NCBI GenBank assembly: GCA_903827975.1
Contig: CAIKKG010000014.1
Span: 1 to 50,832 of the forward strand
DNA from: an uncultured bacterium
GTDB lineage: Bacteria > Patescibacteriota > Minisyncoccia > UBA6257 > GWB1-50-10
Length of the DNA: 50,832 bases
Reading direction: 5' to 3'
Shown here one piece after another: positions 35,464 to 44,274 of this stretch. Numbering within the stretch: the stretch's first letter is position 1; each line of letters starts with the position of its first letter. Below the pieces are notes generated by a model. That model did not search any database. It had not been told where the DNA came from and saw only the letters and a program-made list of their open reading frames with translations. Both the position numbers and the translations under genes were made by a program.

Positions 35464-36870
35464 TTAAATCTTTTCCAGTATCCCCAAAATCTTTACCATC
35501 ACCTCGGTGTCGCGTTCGCAATACTTCAACATGTTTTCGTAGAGCGCTTTCTCTTCTTCTTTCGGAAGTGTGTGATTCACAAGTGTGAGCCAGCCATTTG
35601 ATGCCTCCATACCCTCCTGAATCTCTAATTCAGAATAGGAAAGCTCTGGTACCATAACAGGCGCCACAACTTTCAATGAGCTACTCTTTCCAAACTCATT
35701 TCGTCGATATAACCTCTCTTTGAAAATAGTCATTAGGTCATACATACGCTTTTTATTCACTGCGCGTAAAAATAGCGCGTATTCTGGATGCATCACTGCC
35801 ATCTCCTTGTTTCTTCCCTTCTCAAATGTCTCATACCAGACAATCACACTTCCTTTTTCTCCTAAGTCCTCCTGCATCTGTTTCAAAAGTGCGGGAATAG
35901 GATTCTCTTTTTCTTTTGCCAAAAAATACTTGTGTGTCGTTGGGCCTCCGCGATTCTCCTGGATATGCACCGAGTACTGAAACGGCATATTCTGATATGG
36001 GTGGAATCCATCAAAAAATGGAATGGCGGGTGCGTAGGTTTCGTAATCAAAAAAGTAGAGTGGATAGACAAGCTTTTGTAACTCCGCCTTTATTGCCGGC
36101 GCGTTGCAAATTTGCTCTCCACGCACTTCGGGTACCGTGGTGCCGAGTGTGGTAACTGCCTCAGGGGAAAGCTTACGTAGAAAATCTAATGCACCATTGG
36201 GGCATAATTTTTTGAATACTACCGCAGGATCTGTATCTCCCGAGATTTTCAATGCATTTAAGGCCCCCGCAATATCCGCCCATATCTCTTTCATCATTTC
36301 GCGGGCATCGTTTGTCACGTCTTCTTTTATGAAGAATCCTTCCGATGGGTCGCCATCACAAAACTCTGCGCGCACCTCTCCCGCGCGGATGAACTCCTTA
36401 TTTACATAGATGATATAACTCTTATCAATCTCTATTCCCGCCTTCTCCCAGCAGATGCGTTGAAATGCAACATCGATAATGTGATTCTCATAGCGCTTTA
36501 ACCCTTCGCCACGTTTGACTGAAGTAGTGCTTTTTACCTCATAAAGGTTCCATTTCTTTGACTCCGCATTGAAAACTAGCATGTCCGCGCGTGAGGTAAG
36601 CTCATCAGTCATTACAGTTGGTTGTATAAGGGTAGTCTTTCCGCTCTCGATTGCCTGCTTTGTGGCTTCAAATCCCTTTATACCAAACCCCTCAATCGCG
36701 AACCCATCAGGAAAAAGGCCTTTTGAAAGCTCATCAATCTCCTTTCCCTCGTCAATTTGCTTTCCTTCTACCACAAGCAACTCCTGAGGAAGGAGGTCTT
36801 TGCGATACATAAAAAGCCATAGGTGGATGGGGCTTTCTAGATACTTCTTAAAATTTGTCTTAGTGAGCAT
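35464..36870 (-). CDS. DUF2779 domain protein (N-terminal Cas4-like PD-(D/E)XK plus C-terminal RNase H-like module)
   Basis: ADMLVF...WNLYEVKSTTSVK nuclease-like core, and LYFFDYETYAPAIPFFDGFHPYQNMPFQYSVHI typical of DUF2779. Confidence 0.7.
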   Translation of the reverse strand: MLTKTNFKKYLESPIHLWLFMYRKDLLPQELLVVEGKQIDEGKEIDELSKGLFPDGFAIEGFGIKGFEATKQAIESGKTTLIQPTVMTDELTSRADMLVFNAESKKWNLYEVKSTTSVKRGEGLKRYENHIIDVAFQRICWEKAGIEIDKSYIIYVNKEFIRAGEVRAEFCDGDPSEGFFIKEDVTNDAREMMKEIWADIAGALNALKISGDTDPAVVFKKLCPNGALDFLRKLSPEAVTTLGTTVPEVRGEQICNAPAIKAELQKLVYPLYFFDYETYAPAIPFFDGFHPYQNMPFQYSVHIQENRGGPTTHKYFLAKEKENPIPALLKQMQEDLGEKGSVIVWYETFEKGRNKEMAVMHPEYALFLRAVNKKRMYDLMTIFKERLYRRNEFGKSSSLKVVAPVMVPELSYSELEIQEGMEASNGWLTLVNHTLPKEEEKALYENMLKYCERDTEVMVKILGILEKI

Positions 36871-36910
36871 GGGTTATTGCCTTTACATTACCTTAATTAA
36901 GGATAATTAG

Positions 36911-36935
36911 AAACTCCAGCGTTTCGCTGGAGTTT
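36911..36935. terminator. 10-bp-stem hairpin, probable terminator
   Basis: aaactccagc / loop gtttc / gctggagttt, followed by ctttggtgctttctt. Confidence 0.45.
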
Positions 36936-36984
36936 CTTTGGTGCTTTCTTAAAAAGTTTATAGCGTTTGTTGATTTAGATTCCC

Positions 36985-37764
36985 CTATCCGCAAGCGCCA
37001 TTCACTGGTTTATATCCTTCGTGCGTTTCATCAATTAGATTTTGTAAGAACTCCACATTTTCTTTATAGAATTTCACCTTGCACTTAGTTTCCAGATCTA
37101 TTGTCGCGCTTGTGCTTACTCTTTGTTCGAGAAAACATCTGTTACTTAGATACGAATCAACCTGCGAGTGCCATTTTATAATTCCTTCTTTAATCGAATC
37201 ATACGAAAATGCTTGGCATAACTCCGTTTCATTTATAAAACCATCTAATTTTTTCAGGTATTCTTTGTACTTAGACTCCTGCAATTTTTTAAATGATTGA
37301 TAGAGCCCATCAACGCAATTATTATATGCACCGCTACTTTCGGACATGTCACACTCCATGGTCGGGTTTTTCGTGAGCTTATCGTTATATATCTTCATAT
37401 TTCTATCGCAATTCTCCTCGAAATTTCGCTGGATTTCTGCGGGGCCAAATTCCTGTGTTGAGGAGCCCTCCCCGTATTCCATATAGTCGCTCAAAACTAG
37501 ATTTGCGACCTCCCAATTTATATTGTCGGTTGCTGGGCATACCTTCGAAATCGTGGAGGTTCCCATAGCGTCTGAATAGAAATAAAGAAGAGATATCTCC
37601 CCATCTGAGGTATTCGGCTTCTGTGCATTTTTTAATCCGTTTGTTTTATAAAAATAAAATGAAACTATCGCAACAATTAGTAGCGCTAAGATTATTAATA
37701 CATTCCCCTTCTTTTTAAGAATTTCCATTGTTTTCTTTTTTATCTTCCTCATAATATCCTTCAT
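36985..37764 (-). CDS. hypothetical membrane-anchored Cys-containing extracytoplasmic protein
   Basis: Lys-rich N-terminus, one TM (VLIILALLIVAIVSFYF), and multiple Cys. Start uncertain, with in-frame Met codons at 37752 and 37728. Confidence 0.5.
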   Translation of the reverse strand: MKDIMRKIKKKTMEILKKKGNVLIILALLIVAIVSFYFYKTNGLKNAQKPNTSDGEISLLYFYSDAMGTSTISKVCPATDNINWEVANLVLSDYMEYGEGSSTQEFGPAEIQRNFEENCDRNMKIYNDKLTKNPTMECDMSESSGAYNNCVDGLYQSFKKLQESKYKEYLKKLDGFINETELCQAFSYDSIKEGIIKWHSQVDSYLSNRCFLEQRVSTSATIDLETKCKVKFYKENVEFLQNLIDETHEGYKPVNGACG

Positions 37765-38056
37765 GCTTCATAATCAGATAAATCTGCCAGGCGTAGCGGA
37801 ATGGAAGGATTGGCCCTAGGAAATTTCCAGCTCGATTCTTTGGGGTGTATTCATCCACAATATCTAGAACATGGAACTGTTCTTCATCTGTCACACTTCT
37901 GCCGATATGTTTAGAAAGATATTCCATCATATCGTCTATATCCGTTATATTCATCTCAATTTCCTCTGGGTCTTTTGCAATCACATCTAAGAGTGTGTAT
38001 TTCGGAATGATGTCGGAGAGTTTTTTCCTTTTCGTGTGCTTATCCATATTGTGCAT
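37715..38056 (-). CDS. hypothetical protein (113 aa)
   Basis: ORF divergent from msrA. No motif recognised. Confidence 0.45.
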   Translation of the reverse strand: MHNMDKHTKRKKLSDIIPKYTLLDVIAKDPEEIEMNITDIDDMMEYLSKHIGRSVTDEEQFHVLDIVDEYTPKNRAGNFLGPILPFRYAWQIYLIMKHEGYYEEDKKENNGNS

Positions 38057-38080
38057 TCTCTATTTAGGTATAATAACAAT

Positions 38081-38647
38081 ATGACAGATGTACGCAATGA
38101 GCAGAATGCGAATGGAATAGCAGTATTTGGAGGAGGGTGCTTTTGGTGCACGGAGGCGATATTTAAGGAGCTTAGGGGTGTGATTGGGGTTACTCCCGGA
38201 TATACGGGTGGAACGGTTGCGAATCCTACATATGAGGATGTCTCGAGTGGGACGACGGGACATGTGGAGGCCACAAAGATTGAGTATGACCAAAAGGAAG
38301 TCTCATATAAGACACTTCTTACGGTATTTTTTGCGACTCATGACCCAACGAGTTTGAACCGACAAGGGAATGATGTGGGTACGCAGTATCGATCCGCAAT
38401 CTTTTATGCGGATGAGATGCAGAAAGAGGAGGTGAAAAAGTTTATTGAGGAATTAAATAAGGAGGGTGGGAATGCGATTGTGACTGAGCTTAATCCCCTT
38501 TCTGAATTCTATGTGGCTGAGGATTATCATATGAATTATTACGAGAGTCATAAGAATGCACCATATTGCATGCTTGTGATTGCGCCGAAGCTTGAGAAAC
38601 TACATCACACATTTGCAGAATTATTAAAATCAAACGAACAAAAATAA
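38081..38647 (+). CDS. msrA: peptide-methionine (S)-S-oxide reductase
   Basis: AVFGGGCFWCTEA and GYTGG motifs. ATG at 38081 lies inside the 38036 ORF. Confidence 0.93.
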   Translation: MTDVRNEQNANGIAVFGGGCFWCTEAIFKELRGVIGVTPGYTGGTVANPTYEDVSSGTTGHVEATKIEYDQKEVSYKTLLTVFFATHDPTSLNRQGNDVGTQYRSAIFYADEMQKEEVKKFIEELNKEGGNAIVTELNPLSEFYVAEDYHMNYYESHKNAPYCMLVIAPKLEKLHHTFAELLKSNEQK

Positions 38648-38653
38648 TTATTA

Positions 38654-39034
38654 ATGAAAAAAGACGAAGAATTACCGAAGGATTTGTATGCTATCGCTCG
38701 AGAGAAAGGAACCGAGATGCCCTACACCGGAAAGTATTGGAATGAGCATTCTGCAGGGACATATAAATGTGCGATATGTGGCGCGGAGCTTTTTAGTTCG
38801 GATACGAAGTTTGATTCAGGAACTGGGTGGCCGAGTTTTAGTGAGCCGACTAACTTACAGCACATACAACTAACAACTGATAACAGCGGAGGGATGCAAC
38901 GGACCGAGGTTACGTGCAAAAATTGTAGGGCACATCTTGGACATTTGTTTGATGATGGGCCGAGTGAGAAAGGTGGAAAGAGATATTGTATTAATTCCGC
39001 ATGTCTTGAGTTAGATAAGAAAGGAGTACAATAA
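38654..39034 (+). CDS. msrB: peptide-methionine (R)-S-oxide reductase
   Basis: CAICGAELFSSDTKFDSGTGWPSF, CKNCRAHLGHLFDDGP and RYCINS motifs. Confidence 0.95.
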   Translation: MKKDEELPKDLYAIAREKGTEMPYTGKYWNEHSAGTYKCAICGAELFSSDTKFDSGTGWPSFSEPTNLQHIQLTTDNSGGMQRTEVTCKNCRAHLGHLFDDGPSEKGGKRYCINSACLELDKKGVQ

Positions 39035-39040
39035 AGACAT

Positions 39041-39337
39041 ATGGACTTCTTTAAAAGACATTATGAATACCTTAAGGATAATCCTGAAGGGCTATGGTTT
39101 AAGCGAAAGCTATATGGATGGGGTTGGACGCCAGTAAGATGGCAGGGATGGGCTGTAATAGGCCTTTTTGTGGCGTATATGACCTGGATTATCGTTGGAT
39201 TGCCTAAGGGAAGGAATCCAGTGGATGCGGTTATGTATCTCTATTTAGCGAAGGTTGCTGTGGGTGTCGCCGTGCTTATATTCATCTGCTACAAGAAAGG
39301 AGAAAAGCCTCGGTGGCAGTGGGGGTTGAAGAAATAA
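39041..39337 (+). CDS. hypothetical 2-TM membrane protein
   Basis: 98-aa ORF 6 nt after msrB with two hydrophobic helices. Confidence 0.55.
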   Translation: MDFFKRHYEYLKDNPEGLWFKRKLYGWGWTPVRWQGWAVIGLFVAYMTWIIVGLPKGRNPVDAVMYLYLAKVAVGVAVLIFICYKKGEKPRWQWGLKK

Positions 39338-39349
39338 ATAACTACAAAC

Positions 39350-39380
39350 ATGCACGCAGAAATGCGTGTTTGTTTTTTTA
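39350..39380 (+). terminator. intrinsic terminator
   Basis: Stem cacgca / loop gaaa / stem tgcgtg, followed by tttgttttttt. Confidence 0.6.
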
Positions 39381-39456
39381 TTGATGCTATTGTAAAATTC
39401 TCCCTGGTACGATAAGCTTTTCGTCGGTACCTTAACCAAAAAGGAGAGCAAATAAT

Positions 39457-40482
39457 ATGAATACAGAAAAGAAACATCAGTCGCTTATGAAGAAGCATCA
39501 CACAGAAAGTGTGAAGAAGAACCTTGCAGGAGTTTCGACTCCGCATGGCTTTACTCTTGATGATGCTATTCGTTCAGGTGTGGAAAATGAAGATTCGGGT
39601 GTCGGCATTTATGCCGGTGACGAAGAGTCGTACGTTCTTTTTTCAGAGATTTTTGATCCCGTTATTGAAGAGTATCACGGTGGCTACAAGCCAACTGATA
39701 TGCATACTGCGGATCTTGATTCAGAGAAGCTTATTGCGGACAGCATTGATCCTGATGGCACCTTTGTCGTCTCGACACGCATCCGTGTGGGCCGTAACTT
39801 GAAGGGCACAGGATTCTCCCCCGCCATCAAGCAGGACGAGCGTCGTGAAGTGGAACAGAATGTAGTGAATGCACTTTCTACGTTGTCCGGCGAATTGAGC
39901 GGAGAGTATTATCCGATTTTGGGCATGAACGAAGAAATTCGTGAAAGGCTCGTCACTGACCATTTCTTATTTAAGCAGGGTGACCGATTCCTCGCATCCG
40001 CAGGCGCAAACCGCGACTGGCCGGAAGGACGAGGTATTTTCCACTCAGGCGACAAGCGTTTTCTTGTCTGGGTCAATGAAGAAGACCAGCTTCGCATTAT
40101 TTCCATGCAGGAAGGTGGTGGCATCCGAGAGGTGTTCGAACGTCTCTCAGGTGGCATCCGCACATTGCAGGAGAAACTTGCGTTCGCATACACGGACCAT
40201 CTCGGATATCTTTCGAGCTGCCCGACGAACCTCGGAACTGCGATGCGCGCCAGCGTGCATGTGAAGTTGCCGAAGCTAGGCAAGAACGAGGAGCACTTGA
40301 AGCGAATCTGTAAGGAATTGAAACTCTCTGTGCGTGGCATTAATGGTGAGCACTCAGATAGTGAAGGTGGTGTCTATGACATTTCGAACAAACAGCGCCT
40401 TGGAATTTCCGAGGTGAATGCAGTAAACCTGCTCATTCGAGGTGTTGGCACTCTCATTATGCTTGAAAAGTGCGCAGACTAA
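39457..40482 (+). CDS. two-domain phosphagen kinase, arginine-kinase type (ATP:guanidino phosphotransferase)
   Basis: N-terminal guanidino-specificity region SGVENEDSGVGIYAGDEESY..FDPVIEEYHGG. Catalytic region DHFLFKQGDRFL, VWVNEEDQLRIISMQ, active-site CPTNLGT, VRGINGEHSDSEGGVYDISNKQRLG. Collinear with arthropod arginine kinases as I recall them. Confidence 0.9.
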   Translation: MNTEKKHQSLMKKHHTESVKKNLAGVSTPHGFTLDDAIRSGVENEDSGVGIYAGDEESYVLFSEIFDPVIEEYHGGYKPTDMHTADLDSEKLIADSIDPDGTFVVSTRIRVGRNLKGTGFSPAIKQDERREVEQNVVNALSTLSGELSGEYYPILGMNEEIRERLVTDHFLFKQGDRFLASAGANRDWPEGRGIFHSGDKRFLVWVNEEDQLRIISMQEGGGIREVFERLSGGIRTLQEKLAFAYTDHLGYLSSCPTNLGTAMRASVHVKLPKLGKNEEHLKRICKELKLSVRGINGEHSDSEGGVYDISNKQRLGISEVNAVNLLIRGVGTLIMLEKCAD

Positions 40483-40504
40483 TGTTTCGCAAGTAATTAA
40501 AAAA

Positions 40505-40537
40505 ACTCCCGCTAATCCCGGGAGTTTATTTTTTTCA
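40505..40537 (+). terminator. intrinsic terminator after the kinase gene
   Basis: Stem actcccg / 7-nt loop / stem cgggagt, followed by ttattttttt. Confidence 0.7.
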
Positions 40538-40585
40538 TTAAAACAAAAAACCCCGATTTAATTCGGAGTTTTTTGTTTTCTTACT

Positions 40586-43500
40586 TTATCGTGATGTCTG
40601 CATTTTCTTTAACACATCCATCATGTAATTTAACTGTTCAATTATTGATGCCTGAATTTGAGAATTATCTGGCTTAATAATAGCGGGTTGGATAATTATA
40701 TTTCCCGTACTATATTCGCATGCCTGCGATTGCCAGTTATCTGTGGACAAGCAGACATTTAGTTTATACACGCCAGGGTCAACATTTGGTGAAAATATTG
40801 CAGAATTTGAACCAGCAGTACCCTGAGTCGATTGCTGTTCCTGCTGATACCCAGAGTCCGTTGTTAAATAGATTTTTATTGATCCATTAACATTTTGATT
40901 CCATTTTGCAGTAATGGATCTCATCGGCATGTATGAGCCAGACTGTGGAGATGTCAGGGTAACTGTAGGAGTTACACTTATTATTGGTGTTGGTATAAGA
41001 GTGAAGCTCGATAAATTGCTATAGCCGGTACCTTTGGCAATAACACGAATATTATAGTACTGACTAGAACCAGATCCCTGCAATTTTAGAACCTCATCTG
41101 TAAGTTTAAGGATTACATCATCTGCCATTGTGAACTGAACAGAGTCTGTTGTGGAATTTGTTGAGAATGAGATGTTATTTGAGGTTATCGTAGTTTTCAG
41201 CACCCCTCCACTATAAAACTCAACTGCATAAACATATGCGAGATTTGTACCATTAATAGTAACTGTGGTATTTATATCTCCGCGTACAGGATTAACCGAC
41301 GTTATTTTTGGCGATGTTTCTGAATTGAGGCAGAATGTACCATCGCTTTGATCAAGATTTGTTCCGTATGGTAATTGCAAAGCAATTTTATAGTCGCAAC
41401 CCGCTACTGGCGTTGAGTTATTAGTGGTTGCGCCTGCGTCCCACCATATGGTGCCTGATCCTATACTTCCATCATCTGAACCGGTTTGAAGGGTGGAAAA
41501 AATCGTACCCACATTAACACCTCCTTTGACCAGAACAACACTTGGCTTTGCGCCAGACTTGTATTTATACGTTATGATCGTCGACTGGCCCTGGGTGAAC
41601 TGTTCTCCACCATTTGGACTTACTACTCTATATGTCGATGTTGCAACGCTATCACCCCTCATTGTTACGGTGGCAAGTGACGCACTGTTGATGGAAAGCT
41701 GGAACGTATCCCCATTATTTCCCGTGTTCGCTGTCTTAACTGTTAGATATCTGAAGCCGCCGATAGCAATATCGCGAGCCATCTTAGAAACATTTGAGAT
41801 ATCAAGGAAGCAGATTCCCTTATCGCAAGGAGTGTTTGATCCATACGAGTACATCGTGTCGCTTTGTGAGCCACCATCAGCAGAAGCGAACAGATTAAAT
41901 TTCATTTCTGACTGAGTGCTACCGCTATTCGAAATCGTGAATGGTTCATTCAGAACATATAGAGATGAGCCATTGTTTGTGAGCTTGAATACTCCAATGG
42001 TTTGTCCCGCTGAGGTTCCAACTTGCGTTGCGCTGAGTGGTGAAATTGAAGTTATTGTAGGAGTTACACTTATTATTGGTGTTGGTATAAGAGTGAAGCC
42101 ATAGGAATTGCTATAGCCGGTACCTTTGGCAATAACACGAATATCATAGTACTGACTAGAACCAGATCCCTGTAACTTTAGAACCTCATTTGCAAGTTTA
42201 AGGATTACATTATCTGCCATTGTGAACCGAACAGAGTCTGTTGTGGAATTTTTTGAGAATGAGATGTTATTTGAGGTTATCGTAGTTTTCAGCACCCCTC
42301 CACTATAAAACTCAACTGCATAAACATATGCAAGATTTGTACCATTAATAGTAACGGCGGTATCTATATCTCCGCGTACAGGATTAACCGACGTTATTTT
42401 AGGAGCGTCAGACTGAAGTGCATTTAATGTGAAATTAAAACGGTTACTATTGCATCCGCCTTGGCAGGCATTTGTAACCACTCCAAGTTGGTATGTGCCT
42501 GGTTCCACATTTGCAGCAAAGATGCTAGCTACGGTAAATACAACACTATTTGCGGATACTGAAGATGGGAAGATGGTCGCCGCAAGAGAGTTATTTGAGT
42601 TGTAGAATTCAACATTTGATGTGCCGGAAAGATTAGTACCATAAATAGTTACACTAGTTCCAGAAGTTCCTGAGGTTGGCGAAATTGAAGAGATTGATGG
42701 CATGCTTTTGGTATTTGGATAAGTAAGCGTGAAAGCGACCTTGTTACTTGTTCCGTTTGATGTTACAACATCAATCCAAAATGTTCCTGAATATCCGAGT
42801 AAATCCATTAAGCTCTTTGTTATCAAAAACCCTGCTGGACTTGCAGCTGAAATATCTGAACCCGATAGTGTGGCTAGAATATTTCCATTACCAGAAACAA
42901 ATTCAATCGACTTTACAACGCCGTAGATATTATTTCCATATATAGCAATAGTATTATTTATCGTACCCTGTGATGGTCTGATATCTGTAATATATGGGGT
43001 TGCTGAATTAGATTCAATTAGGATGCTAATGCTAACTACATTGCTGCCAACGCCACCACCTAATAAAACCTGAATTACATCAGAACCAACTCCTGGGGGT
43101 ACTACAAATGTAAGTTGTGAACTGGAGAGTACTTTTGCCCATGCACCCACTGAAGTTTTTAGAAATACTACTGACGCACCTTCTGTAAAGTTAGTCCCAT
43201 ATACTGTAACAGTATCACCTATTTTTGCAGTTGTCGGATAAATTGAAGTGATTGTAGGAGTGGTAGATGTGGATGTTATTATTTTTGAACTAATTACTGT
43301 AAATGACTGAGTTCTCGCAATTGCGCAGCTATATGTTTTCTCACAGAGGCCCGTCTGGGTCATTGAGAGTGTGTATGATGCCGGTATTACATTTGTCGGG
43401 ATTTTAAACGCCTCCTTATTAGCATAAGCCGTAGAATATGATTTTACGTTTCCGAGAGTGTACTCATAACCGCCCTTAACATCGGATGTTGAGATTCTTA

Positions 43501-44200
43501 CTACAAACTGGTCACCAATTTTTGATGGTTTGTATGTTAATCCAATCTTGTCACCGACGGTGAAGGTTTCTCCGCCAGATGGGTTTACAATTGAAACCGA
43601 TGAAGATGGCTTCTTCTTTGCTAATTCTGTTTCGGAGCCACCAGAAGTTGCAGATGAGCTATCTAATGAAGCACTTCCTGATGCTGAACTGTTTGATGAA
43701 GAATTGTCTGAGGTTGAGCTAACATCTGAGCCAGATGACTGTGTTACGCAAGAACTTAGACCACCAAGTGCTTTAAGTGTTGCGCTATCAACCATTCCTG
43801 AGACACCAAGACCGTTTTCATCCTGAAAACTCTTAAGAGCAATCTGTGTCATTGAACCAAAATAACCCGTCGGTTTAGCGGATAAGTATCCGTTATCGTT
43901 TAGGATTTTTTGTAATTTTGATACGGCTGAGCTTGAGCTTCCTTTCTTTAGTCCGCTAAAGCCTGATGTGTCACAGGACGTAGTTACTGAGGTTATTGAA
44001 TCAGATGAAGCACTTGAGCCAGACGATGAGCCTGACTGGCTATTTTGCGAATCTACTTTTGCTTGAAGCAGCTTTAACTGCGCCATCAAAGCCTGAATCT
44101 GAGAGGACAGATCTGATGTCTGTGCCTGACCTTTTGCTGGGATGACTACTCCTGCAAAAATGAGAACTACTGCAAAACCTATGACGAGAAACCTTTTCAT
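40586..44200 (-). CDS. 1204-aa secreted surface protein: signal peptide, PG_binding_1-like domain, Ser-rich linkers, multiple IPT/TIG-like repeats
   Basis: MKRFLVIGFAVVLIFAGVVIPAKG signal. LQKILNDNGYL...GYFGSMTQIALKSFQ peptidoglycan-binding repeat. Recurrent ITS(I/V)xPxxGxxxTxVTIxGTN(F/L) modules. Confidence 0.85.
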   Translation of the reverse strand: MKRFLVIGFAVVLIFAGVVIPAKGQAQTSDLSSQIQALMAQLKLLQAKVDSQNSQSGSSSGSSASSDSITSVTTSCDTSGFSGLKKGSSSSAVSKLQKILNDNGYLSAKPTGYFGSMTQIALKSFQDENGLGVSGMVDSATLKALGGLSSCVTQSSGSDVSSTSDNSSSNSSASGSASLDSSSATSGGSETELAKKKPSSSVSIVNPSGGETFTVGDKIGLTYKPSKIGDQFVVRISTSDVKGGYEYTLGNVKSYSTAYANKEAFKIPTNVIPASYTLSMTQTGLCEKTYSCAIARTQSFTVISSKIITSTSTTPTITSIYPTTAKIGDTVTVYGTNFTEGASVVFLKTSVGAWAKVLSSSQLTFVVPPGVGSDVIQVLLGGGVGSNVVSISILIESNSATPYITDIRPSQGTINNTIAIYGNNIYGVVKSIEFVSGNGNILATLSGSDISAASPAGFLITKSLMDLLGYSGTFWIDVVTSNGTSNKVAFTLTYPNTKSMPSISSISPTSGTSGTSVTIYGTNLSGTSNVEFYNSNNSLAATIFPSSVSANSVVFTVASIFAANVEPGTYQLGVVTNACQGGCNSNRFNFTLNALQSDAPKITSVNPVRGDIDTAVTINGTNLAYVYAVEFYSGGVLKTTITSNNISFSKNSTTDSVRFTMADNVILKLANEVLKLQGSGSSQYYDIRVIAKGTGYSNSYGFTLIPTPIISVTPTITSISPLSATQVGTSAGQTIGVFKLTNNGSSLYVLNEPFTISNSGSTQSEMKFNLFASADGGSQSDTMYSYGSNTPCDKGICFLDISNVSKMARDIAIGGFRYLTVKTANTGNNGDTFQLSINSASLATVTMRGDSVATSTYRVVSPNGGEQFTQGQSTIITYKYKSGAKPSVVLVKGGVNVGTIFSTLQTGSDDGSIGSGTIWWDAGATTNNSTPVAGCDYKIALQLPYGTNLDQSDGTFCLNSETSPKITSVNPVRGDINTTVTINGTNLAYVYAVEFYSGGVLKTTITSNNISFSTNSTTDSVQFTMADDVILKLTDEVLKLQGSGSSQYYNIRVIAKGTGYSNLSSFTLIPTPIISVTPTVTLTSPQSGSYMPMRSITAKWNQNVNGSIKIYLTTDSGYQQEQQSTQGTAGSNSAIFSPNVDPGVYKLNVCLSTDNWQSQACEYSTGNIIIQPAIIKPDNSQIQASIIEQLNYMMDVLKKMQTSR
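40964..41308 (-). repeat. 345-bp intragenic direct repeat, copy 1
   Basis: Aligns without indels to 42056..42400. Roughly 15-20 mismatches by eye. Confidence 0.85.
42056..42400 (-). repeat. 345-bp intragenic direct repeat, copy 2
   Basis: Offset of 1092 bp (364 codons, in frame) from copy 1. Confidence 0.85.
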
Positions 44201-44274
44201 AATGAACTGGATATATTTTATTATTTAAATTGTGTATCCGACCTTTCATTAAACTGCTGTTACTATTAAAAATA

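Noticed and set aside
39457-40482. McsB-type protein arginine kinase (the common bacterial guanidino kinase)
   Set aside because: McsB lacks the N-terminal phosphagen-kinase domain. Here the SGVEN.DSGVGIYA...FDP.IE.YHGG region is present, and no clpC/mcsA/ctsR neighbours are seen.
40964-42400. Diversity-generating retroelement (TR/VR pair) explaining the two 345-bp near-identical segments
   Set aside because: Both copies are in-frame coding parts of the same gene. The mismatches are mostly transitions in both directions rather than adenine-specific changes in one copy. No reverse transcriptase is present in the window.
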